Shown here: in pieces, positions 56,298 to 64,000 of the stretch
Position numbering within the stretch: position 1 is the first letter of the stretch
Layout of the letters: each line of letters starts with the position of its first letter
IMG/VR virus record: IMGVR_UViG_3300032225_001322
Location: 64,001 to 128,000 of that record
Strand: one strand, 5' to 3'
DNA from: a virus
Lineage: Duplodnaviria; Caudoviricetes
Length of the DNA stretch: 64,000 nucleotides
Position numbers and translations under genes: made by a program
The notes under the pieces: generated by a model
Database searches by the model: none
Told to the model about the DNA's origin: nothing
Seen by the model: only the letters and a program-made list of their open reading frames with translations

Positions 56298-57167
56298 TTA
56301 AACTATACCTGTTTCTTCATCAAAATACCCAGAAACCTGTAAAGTTCCTGTGCTTAATTGTCTCTGTACTGTATTTACCGTAAATGGCTTAGAACCGCTA
56401 GCGCCAGGGGTTCCTGCCACCTGAACTTTGAAATTATTTGGACTAGAATCAATGAGTAGCCCGCCATTGTCGCTCATACATAGCAATAATTGTGTGTTGG
56501 TTATGGGTACTAACGCTGCATAGGGCGGAGTAAAATTAGTAGTATATAATGCTGTGCCTACTACTATTCTTAGATTACTTACATAACTGGTAGATCCGTT
56601 ATTACCGATACCGTTGTTATCGTTAAATCCGTTGACCACCCAATTATCAGATGTACTCATTGGACTGCTGGTCATATATCCACCATCGCCAATACCATTA
56701 ATGTAGATTGCCCTAAGTCCAGTGGCAGTGCAACTTACGGCCACATGATACCAAGCATTAGCCGCATAAGTTGAGCCTGTAGTTATAGTCACTGGATAGC
56801 TGGTTCCGTCGCCTTGTTTGATTGTAAATTTATCGGCGGCAGTATAACCCCAATCTAAAGCAAAGCTCTGTCCATATTGTGTGCCGTTGCCAATACTAAA
56901 AATTGCGCCGGATGCCTGTGGGTATACCCAAGTTTCAAATGTCCACGCTGTGCCGCTAGCGCCAATATTAAAAACTGTACTAGTACCTGATAGATAATTT
57001 CCAGCGCCAGCAAAAGTAATACTGCCAGCAGATAAAAATACTTCGTCAAATAATTTAGCATAAATTGCTTCAGGAGCTATACTAATCCAGGTTTTTGTGA
57101 TTTCATCAAAATATGCATTGGTTAGTAGTATTCCGTCGGCGGTAAGTCTAGAAGTTAAAGTAGGCAT
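56298..57167 (-). CDS. LamG/ConA-like lectin domain inserted in an FDE-repeat scaffold
   Basis: WTFETWVY, WYHVAV, IYING, SNLRIV.GTALYT.NFTPP (LamG); FDEIT, FDEVF and FDEET flanks. Confidence 0.82.
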   Translation of the reverse strand: MPTLTSRLTADGILLTNAYFDEITKTWISIAPEAIYAKLFDEVFLSAGSITFAGAGNYLSGTSTVFNIGASGTAWTFETWVYPQASGAIFSIGNGTQYGQSFALDWGYTAADKFTIKQGDGTSYPVTITTGSTYAANAWYHVAVSCTATGLRAIYINGIGDGGYMTSSPMSTSDNWVVNGFNDNNGIGNNGSTSYVSNLRIVVGTALYTTNFTPPYAALVPITNTQLLLCMSDNGGLLIDSSPNNFKVQVAGTPGASGSKPFTVNTVQRQLSTGTLQVSGYFDEETGIV

Positions 57168-57169
57168 AA

Positions 57170-57838
57170 TTAATTAAAAATAGTGTCCAAACTTCCAGTC
57201 GATGAATTGTATATTTGGTATACTGCTACGTTTCCGCTATTTGCCCAATTTACAGTATTATTAACAATTACGTTATTGCTGGTAACATTGCCTGTAAAAC
57301 TTGGACTTTGTACAACATCAAATGTAATTGTATCAGCGGCATTATTTCCAGTGATAGAAATATTATTACCGCTAATAAATGATACTTGAGTACTTACACC
57401 ATTGGCTACAACATTAGAGCTACCTACAACATTAATAATACTGAAAGAATTTCCAGTATTTTGTAAGAATATTAATCCTGTAACACCTATATCAATAGGA
57501 TCATCTGTAACTAATTTCCAAGACGTATCAGCATACTCGGTACCTTCGGTAACCATGACAATCATACCAGCATTAATTTCGCCAGTAGTGTTGCTGTCAT
57601 TAGTTCTAATCCAAGTGCCGTTAGATCCCGTACCTGCTACTGATACATAGTACAGTCCGTTTTGACTAGCAGTAGCTTGACCAGCTACTAAGACTCTGTC
57701 ATTAGTATTGAGACTGACTCCGTCGACTATTTTAGGAGCGCCACCTGATAAAGTGACATTAGCTAGCGAAATTACTCGCGTGGCTTGTTTGTAATCAATA
57801 TCTGATATTTGTTCTGCGCGGATTCGTGTTAGGCCCAT
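57170..57838 (-). CDS. Short fibre-related protein
   Basis: DYKQATRV...VDGVSL..NDRVLV.GQ...QNGLY fibre-associated domain; C-terminal YNSSTGSLDTIFN; CTAAATA at 57861-57867. Confidence 0.75.
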   Translation of the reverse strand: MGLTRIRAEQISDIDYKQATRVISLANVTLSGGAPKIVDGVSLNTNDRVLVAGQATASQNGLYYVSVAGTGSNGTWIRTNDSNTTGEINAGMIVMVTEGTEYADTSWKLVTDDPIDIGVTGLIFLQNTGNSFSIINVVGSSNVVANGVSTQVSFISGNNISITGNNAADTITFDVVQSPSFTGNVTSNNVIVNNTVNWANSGNVAVYQIYNSSTGSLDTIFN

Positions 57839-57869
57839 TGTTCTTCCAAGTTATTAGTATTATTTAGTC

Positions 57870-57902
57870 AAAATAACAGGACCACTTGGGTCCCGTCATT
57901 TC
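57870..57902 (-). terminator. Stem-loop terminator after 57922-62091
   Basis: Minus strand AAAATGACGGGACC-CAAGT-GGTCCTGTTATTTT; the two mismatches become G-U pairs only on the minus-strand RNA. Confidence 0.65.
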
Positions 57903-57921
57903 TTACTTTACCTTAATTTTT

Positions 57922-60900
57922 TTAAGATAATGTAATGTTTGCACTTCTTGTAACGCCGTCTGTGCCACGAACTAATATAGCTAAAGTCGTGTTATTAACT
58001 AATTGGAAACTCATAGTTGAATTAGCAGTTAAACTTGGAGCTGCTGGATTAAGTTGCGCTACTAAGTTACCAGTAGTATTAACTTGGCCTACTGTTTGCG
58101 ATACAGAAACTATAGCATTACCAGGACTATTAGAAATAGCTGTTACACTTGTTGTTGTTGTAATTTCACGAACATCAATAATATCAGCTATTTCTGGAGC
58201 TTCTGTGAATGTCAACACGCAAGTTGGGTAAGTTCCACTCACAGAGTATGCTGTAGTTGGGATTTGTACCACACCGTTAATAGTAACAATACAACTATTA
58301 GTTGTTTGACTTGAGCCCAGTGTAAATGTTACTGTAGAACCATCACCATTAAACTGTTCGTTAGTAATAACTGTGTAACTAGAGCCGCCTACTGCTACCC
58401 AAGCTGCGCCATTCCAGATTTCACATTGTGAAATTGTGCTGTTATAACGTAACATACCAGTTGCTGGTGTACCAGGACGATCTCCTGTACTACCAACTGG
58501 AATTAACATACTGTCAGTGGCGTTAATTGCTAGTGTTGCGCCTGCTGTTTCTGTAACGTTAGCACCAAGTGTTACAGTACCTGTTGTAACATCAACAAGC
58601 ATTGTAGTACCAGCTTGGATATTGCCAGTAGAGCTTACATTACCACCAGTTAAAATATTTCCGCCAATTACATTAGCAGTAGCACTAACATCACCAACTG
58701 TTAATACATTACCAACTGTAGCATTACCTACGGCACTAATATCAATGCCAGCAAATATATTGCCAGTAGCACTAATATCAATGCCAGCAAATATATTGCC
58801 AGTAGCACTAACATTACCACCAGTCAATAAATTGGCGCCAGTAACATTACCACTTGAACTAATAGTACCAGAATTTAATGATGTCAATGTGCCAACTGAA
58901 GTTATATTTGGTTGAGAATTAGTAGTTAATGTGCCAGTTAAGAATGTGCCTATTACATTGCCAGTAGTACTGAGATTGCCAACAAAGTCAACACCTGTGT
59001 CGTAGAATGTTGCGGCTATATTTGAACTTGCGCCAACAGCAATAACTAAATTACCATCTGCGCTAGCAATGTTAGCATAACTTCCACCATTACTAATCTT
59101 AGTAGAACTTACGTTAGCAGCGTTAATATTACTAATATATGCGCCGTCACCAAACAAGTACTGACCTGCGCCAACATTACCAGTGGCTGATACATTAGCA
59201 AACAATCCAACATTACCGTAAACATTGCCAGTTGCTGTTAATGTTGTTGCACTAATTACATTAGCTCCGGAAATATTGCCGCCTGATCCTGAAGTAGCAA
59301 AATTAGCCGCTGTTACATTGCCGCCTGCGCTAACATTGCCGCCAGCACTAACGTTATTACCGTCAGTAGTGAATGTTGAAGTACTAGATAATCTACCAGT
59401 GCTATCAGCATTACCAAATACAATTTGACCTGCGCCAACGTTTGTATCGTAGATATTAGCAGAACTAATATTACCGCCGTAAACATTACCAACTGCGCTT
59501 AACAATCCATAAGAAACTATGTTTCCAGCATTTACATCGGCCGTTACATTTAAGTTAGTTTTTACATTACCGGTAAGCGATAAATTACCAGTCGTAATAT
59601 TACCTATTTGAGCATTGCCTGTGACACTGAGTGTCTGAGCTTGGAATATATTGCCTATTACACTACCTGTTACACTTAAACTATCACCAGTAGCTGCTCC
59701 AATATTTGGTGTCGTAAATGCTGCGTTAGCTGGAACGTGTAACTGATTGGATCCGTTTACACTAATAGTATTACCATCGTATAATGCGTCAATTAATGTG
59801 CCGGTAACCGCAATAGCATTTCCGCCGGTGTATTGGCCTGCGGCTGAGAACTGTACCCAATAATAGAATGTTGTACCAACTACAAGTGGACCTGGATTAG
59901 TTATGGTATTGGTACTTGCCCAACCAGAACTAGAATTATCAGAAGTTCCAGGCGAAGTGATAAATGTATAGGCACTATACATGTCTGATGCTACATCGTT
60001 ATCAGCAGAACGAGTTAATACTAGCGCAGCACTTGGACTACCAGCTGTTGTTACATCGTAGATACCGTTGTATGCCGCACTAGGAGTTGTTCCAGCAGGG
60101 ATAGAAGCTACTAATGGCTCATTCTTAATAAGAACACGCATGCCAGTTGTAAGTTGTACGCCATCAATAGTTACATTACCGGTAGCACCAAATGTAATAG
60201 TTGCGCCAACTCCAGATGCTCCGTTATTGTATGTGTATGACTGACCTGTAGTGGCTAAAATTGTGCCAGTTGTTGCGGTGTTGCTGGATGCTTTAACTTG
60301 TAATCCAGAAATAGCTCCGTCGACATACGCTTTATTAACAGCGTCTGCTGCTTGTTCTGGACTTGGAACATTATTAATATAGGTGTTACCAACATTAATA
60401 TTACCAACTACACTGAATAACAATCCGTCGTATGTTGAAGTAATTGTTAAAGCGTTACCACGAAGAGCGTTACCAACAAAAGTTTGTTGTGTACTGATAT
60501 TACCTGTAGCACTAATATTAGCACTGGCTTCTATATTACTTGCGTAGATGTTGCCAGTTGCTGTAAATGTTACAGCACTAACAATATTAGCACCTGTAAT
60601 ATTACCTTGTGCGCCTGTTGTGGCAAAATTAGCACCGTAAACATTGCCAGTAGCACTTACATAATTAACTGTGGTAACATTGTTAGCATTAACATTGTAT
60701 GTAGCATTTAAATTGGCAATAACATTGCCACTTAAACTTAATTGATTACTATTAAGTGAGTCATAAGCAACTACATTGCCGCCAGCACTTACAGTAGTTA
60801 CAGCATATAAATTTTGTGCCGTAGCATCTAATGTTACATTTAACGCACTGATAACATTGCCGGCTAAACTTAATTGATTACCATTAAGTGAGTCATAAGC

Positions 60901-62091
60901 AACTACATTGCCGCCAGCACTTACATTAGCTACAGCGTTGACATTTCCAGCTGTGGCATTTAATGTTACATTTAAATCACTGATAACATTACCACTTAGA
61001 CTTAAATCAGCTGTGTTAACTGCCCCACTAGCTGTTACTAAATTACCAGTAGCACTAATATTTCCACTAGCACTAATATCAGCATTGCCATTTTGATATG
61101 TAACAACGATATTATTGTTAACAGTTAATACATTGGAAGTGGCATTAGCACCTACTTGTACTGGACCAACGTATAATGTACTTGGACTGAGGTAAAGGTC
61201 TTTCCATACACTAGTTGCATTACCTAATGAATATGTAGCATTGGCTGTAGGAATAATATTGCCATCGACATTTAGATTTCCAACAATATTACCGCTTAAA
61301 CTTAAATTGCCTGCATTTACTGAATTACCAGTGTCAATATTACCTATAACACTTAGGCCGTTGTCATAGAATATAGAATTTACATTGTTATTGATAGTAA
61401 TGGTTAAATTGCCATTAGGAGCACCAATGTTAGCACTACTGGTGCCGTTACTAATCTTAGTAGACGAAACATTACTAGCGTTAATATTACTAATATAATA
61501 ACCGTCACCAACAAAGTAGTTAGCTGTAGCAATGTTTCCGCTAGCACTGATCAATCCAACAGCATAGATATTGCCGGAAGCAATATTACCAGTTACATTC
61601 AATGTGCTGGTTACATTGCCAATTAAAGATACATTGCCAGCGATTAAATCGCCAGTAACATTGGCGTTGGCTGTTTTAAGGTCGGCATAACTTAAAATAG
61701 CAATATTTGTATGATCACCTGCGCCGGAGCTTGTGAAAACTGTGACAAATGTTTGTAAACTTTCATCCCAAACAAACGCAACGTTGTTTGATGTACCGCG
61801 TTGGCCAATAAAACCAATATCTACTGTTGGACTACCTGTTTGTGTACTGGCTAACAGTAATAGGGGGTCTTCAATTGTTGTATTTGTTGTATCAATTGCT
61901 GTAGAATTTCCGTTAACTACCAAGTTACCTTGAATTGTAAAATTATTACCATAGGTAAAGTTATTAGCCAGTAGTGTTGAAGTAATGGAATATGGTTGAA
62001 TTTTGGTATTAGCGTTAATACCAAATTGAGTATTACCACCGACTGCGTCAGTGATTTGATTATTATTAATTCTTGTAAGATTTCCGGGCAC
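57922..62091 (-). CDS. Long tail fibre-like protein (GTG start)
   Basis: AGGAG Shine-Dalgarno; Gly-Asn repeats; DAVNKAYVD and RVLIKNE domain; GMLRYNS and FNGDGSTVTFTL modules; ATAAATA at 62116-62122. Confidence 0.82.
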   Translation of the reverse strand: MPGNLTRINNNQITDAVGGNTQFGINANTKIQPYSITSTLLANNFTYGNNFTIQGNLVVNGNSTAIDTTNTTIEDPLLLLASTQTGSPTVDIGFIGQRGTSNNVAFVWDESLQTFVTVFTSSGAGDHTNIAILSYADLKTANANVTGDLIAGNVSLIGNVTSTLNVTGNIASGNIYAVGLISASGNIATANYFVGDGYYISNINASNVSSTKISNGTSSANIGAPNGNLTITINNNVNSIFYDNGLSVIGNIDTGNSVNAGNLSLSGNIVGNLNVDGNIIPTANATYSLGNATSVWKDLYLSPSTLYVGPVQVGANATSNVLTVNNNIVVTYQNGNADISASGNISATGNLVTASGAVNTADLSLSGNVISDLNVTLNATAGNVNAVANVSAGGNVVAYDSLNGNQLSLAGNVISALNVTLDATAQNLYAVTTVSAGGNVVAYDSLNSNQLSLSGNVIANLNATYNVNANNVTTVNYVSATGNVYGANFATTGAQGNITGANIVSAVTFTATGNIYASNIEASANISATGNISTQQTFVGNALRGNALTITSTYDGLLFSVVGNINVGNTYINNVPSPEQAADAVNKAYVDGAISGLQVKASSNTATTGTILATTGQSYTYNNGASGVGATITFGATGNVTIDGVQLTTGMRVLIKNEPLVASIPAGTTPSAAYNGIYDVTTAGSPSAALVLTRSADNDVASDMYSAYTFITSPGTSDNSSSGWASTNTITNPGPLVVGTTFYYWVQFSAAGQYTGGNAIAVTGTLIDALYDGNTISVNGSNQLHVPANAAFTTPNIGAATGDSLSVTGSVIGNIFQAQTLSVTGNAQIGNITTGNLSLTGNVKTNLNVTADVNAGNIVSYGLLSAVGNVYGGNISSANIYDTNVGAGQIVFGNADSTGRLSSTSTFTTDGNNVSAGGNVSAGGNVTAANFATSGSGGNISGANVISATTLTATGNVYGNVGLFANVSATGNVGAGQYLFGDGAYISNINAANVSSTKISNGGSYANIASADGNLVIAVGASSNIAATFYDTGVDFVGNLSTTGNVIGTFLTGTLTTNSQPNITSVGTLTSLNSGTISSSGNVTGANLLTGGNVSATGNIFAGIDISATGNIFAGIDISAVGNATVGNVLTVGDVSATANVIGGNILTGGNVSSTGNIQAGTTMLVDVTTGTVTLGANVTETAGATLAINATDSMLIPVGSTGDRPGTPATGMLRYNSTISQCEIWNGAAWVAVGGSSYTVITNEQFNGDGSTVTFTLGSSQTTNSCIVTINGVVQIPTTAYSVSGTYPTCVLTFTEAPEIADIIDVREITTTTSVTAISNSPGNAIVSVSQTVGQVNTTGNLVAQLNPAAPSLTANSTMSFQLVNNTTLAILVRGTDGVTRSANITLS

Positions 62092-62154
62092 GGTAGTAGT
62101 CTCCTGTTATGAAGTTATTTATTCGCTTAGGGAGAAAATTGGTTTTGAGGGTCA

Positions 62155-62181
62155 TTAATTGCTGATTTGGTCAGCAATTAA
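62155..62181. terminator. Perfect 11-bp hairpin between fibre genes (terminator or mRNA stabiliser)
   Basis: TTAATTGCTGA-TTTGG-TCAGCAATTAA; no clear U tract. Confidence 0.45.
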
Positions 62182-62190
62182 CAGAGTATA

Positions 62191-64000
62191 TTATCCAACC
62201 CGCCAGCTGACACCATCACTGAATACTGGCACATTATTTGACCCGCCACTGCCCACGTTAGCATAGAATGTAGTAGTATTACCGTCAGTAACAAATGCTC
62301 TAGTACCGTTGCCAGCTGTGGCTGCGGCAGGTAATGTAGCCACTGTGTACAGACGATTTTGTGATAATCCAGCATTAATAATATTGCCGCCGTATATGTT
62401 GCCGGCTGTACTTATAATTCCTGTGCTGATTAAATTTCCGCCAGTGATATTTCCAGTGCCTGAAATTGATCCTGTGCCATTACCTGTTGAAATAAATGCG
62501 TTTCCGTATATATTTCCAGTAACACTCATTGTACCTGTTAATATACTACCAGTACTAGCAAATGTTGCTACATTATTTCCAGTAACAGCAACAGTAACGT
62601 TACTATTAGCAGTTACTACAACATTGCTAGTACCATTAGTAATACTGTTTCCACTGCCAGCAGATATACCTGTTAATAATGCGCCGTTACCTAAAATATA
62701 ACTACCAGTGATATTGCCAGTAGCTGTAATAGTTCCGGCACTAATTAAATTGCCGCCGTATATATTACCGGTGCCGGAAATAGAACCGGCTCCTCCCGTG
62801 GATACTAATCCAGCGGCATAAACATTACCAGTAGCACTTATTAATCCAGTTACATATTCGCCGGTTGAGGCAAATACAACAACATTACTAGTGCCAGCTA
62901 CACCGACCGTAATATTAGCATTAGCACCGGTTACAACTATATTACTTGTGCCATTAGCGATGTTACCGCCGCTGGCAGTTATTCCAGTTAATAATGCGCC
63001 GTTACCTAAAATATAGCTACCAGTAACATTGCCAGTAGCACTTACTACGCCGCCAGTTAAAATATTTCCATGTATAGCATTGCCAGTTGAACTAACTATT
63101 CCAGCTGTTAATACATTGCCTAAAGTAGCGTTACCTGCTACTGATATAGCATTAGTGGCCGCATTAAATGTAAATCCTGAACTTGCTCCAGCATTTCCAT
63201 TGGCATTGTAGATTACTTGTGTGTTTGATCCAGGTACTGTTAAATTACCTGTGATATTTCCTTGGAAAGTACCCACAAAAAGATTAGCAGTAACATTCCC
63301 ACTAGTAGATAAATTACCAGTAGTTATATTTCCTGTTACACTTAAACTTGTTAACACACCAGTGCTTGTAATATTTGGCTGTGCGTTTGTTGTTACTGTG
63401 GCTGCCACAGTAGCATTGGCTACCACTCCACTTATATTAGCGCCTTGAATGTTGCTTAATGTATTTCCAGATCCAACAAATTGACCGGCTGTTATATTCC
63501 CACTTACTGATACAGTTGTACCTGTGTGAGTTGTAGCATTAACGTTGCCGCCAAGAATATTTCCTGCGGCTGATATAGTGCCGGTACTCAACAAATTACC
63601 ACTGGTAGTATTCCCAGTAATTACTAACGCATTTGTTCCAGCATTAAATGTAAACCCAGCACTAGCATTGGCCTGACCATTGTTATTATAAATTACTTGA
63701 GTATTAGAACCAGGTACAGTAATATTGCCTGAAATATTTCCTTGGAAAGTGCCAAGGAAAGTGCCAGCTGTTGAAATATTTCCAGTAGCACTGATAATAC
63801 CAGCCGTTAATAAATTACCAGGAGTAACATTTCCACTTACACTTAAACTTGTTAACACGCCAACACTAGTAATGTTTGCTTGAGCATTTCCTGTAACTGT
63901 ATTTGCTGTATTTGCTGTGGCAACATTACCAGTAACATTGGCACCTTGGATATTACTTAATGTATTTCCAGCCCCGGCAAATTGACCGGCTGTGACTTGA
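62191..64000 (-). CDS. Tail fibre-like Gly-Asn repeat protein, 3' part (start lies beyond the window)
   Basis: Frame stays open from 63858 to the window end (QVTAGQFAGAGNTLSNIQG...); PGSNTQVIYN repeats; C-terminal YTVATLP...FSDGVSWRVG. Confidence 0.8.
   Translation of the reverse strand, partial: QVTAGQFAGAGNTLSNIQGANVTGNVATANTANTVTGNAQANITSVGVLTSLSVSGNVTPGNLLTAGIISATGNISTAGTFLGTFQGNISGNITVPGSNTQVIYNNNGQANASAGFTFNAGTNALVITGNTTSGNLLSTGTISAAGNILGGNVNATTHTGTTVSVSGNITAGQFVGSGNTLSNIQGANISGVVANATVAATVTTNAQPNITSTGVLTSLSVTGNITTGNLSTSGNVTANLFVGTFQGNITGNLTVPGSNTQVIYNANGNAGASSGFTFNAATNAISVAGNATLGNVLTAGIVSSTGNAIHGNILTGGVVSATGNVTGSYILGNGALLTGITASGGNIANGTSNIVVTGANANITVGVAGTSNVVVFASTGEYVTGLISATGNVYAAGLVSTGGAGSISGTGNIYGGNLISAGTITATGNITGSYILGNGALLTGISAGSGNSITNGTSNVVVTANSNVTVAVTGNNVATFASTGSILTGTMSVTGNIYGNAFISTGNGTGSISGTGNITGGNLISTGIISTAGNIYGGNIINAGLSQNRLYTVATLPAAATAGNGTRAFVTDGNTTTFYANVGSGGSNNVPVFSDGVSWRVG

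Noticed and set aside
43230-63448. Many plus-strand ORFs of the MPVAL/LPPV type, and similar antisense ORFs elsewhere
   Set aside because: They are antisense shadows of repetitive Gly-Asn or Gly-rich minus-strand genes, with no independent signals
43142-64000. Eukaryotic giant-virus origin suggested by chlorovirus-like Gly-Asn repeats, RCC1 repeats and glycosyltransferases
   Set aside because: T4-like terminase, sheath, tube and neck genes, Shine-Dalgarno sites, sigma70 promoters and overlapping operons indicate a bacteriophage
1-64000. Stop-codon reassignment
   Set aside because: Code 11 gives near-complete coding density with full-length proteins; TAA, TGA and TAG all end genes
1-64000. 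tRNA or rRNA genes
   Set aside because: Intergenic gaps are short and none shows a recognisable cloverleaf or T-loop motif by eye

Overview
A 64-kb late (virion morphogenesis) segment of a large AT-rich T4-related contractile-tailed phage, mostly encoded on the minus strand in standard genetic code. Bases 1-21 kb hold a terminase large subunit, a signal-peptide nuclease, internal head proteins with T4-like capsid-targeting N-termini, a probable small terminase, gp4 head-completion nuclease, tail tube and sheath, dNMP kinase, an exonuclease, neck and tail-terminator proteins (gp13/14/15-like) and a Nudix hydrolase. Bases 23.6-44.9 kb form one tightly coupled operon: a chaperone-tipped fibre, four RCC1-repeat beta-propeller proteins, then a modification toolkit (DUF6445-like protein, sulfotransferase, two methyltransferases, TPR-glycosyltransferase, GT4-MTase-GT2 fusion, APS kinase/HxGH nucleotidyltransferase fusion). 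Bases 45-64 kb are long Gly-Asn-rich fibre genes. Three candidate novelties stand out. (1) A phage-encoded virion glycosylation/methylation/sulfation system whose likely substrates are rich in N-X-S/T sequons. (2) A repeated three-part coupling code (C-terminal YNSSxxS[LI]DxxF, small FDE-repeat adaptor, N-terminal MAKLLSGT) that may join fibre segments end to end. (3) RCC1 propellers that appear nested in blocks of seven. Many genes also appear to be transcribed as leaderless mRNAs. All calls come from motif recognition and manual counts; no database search was run.
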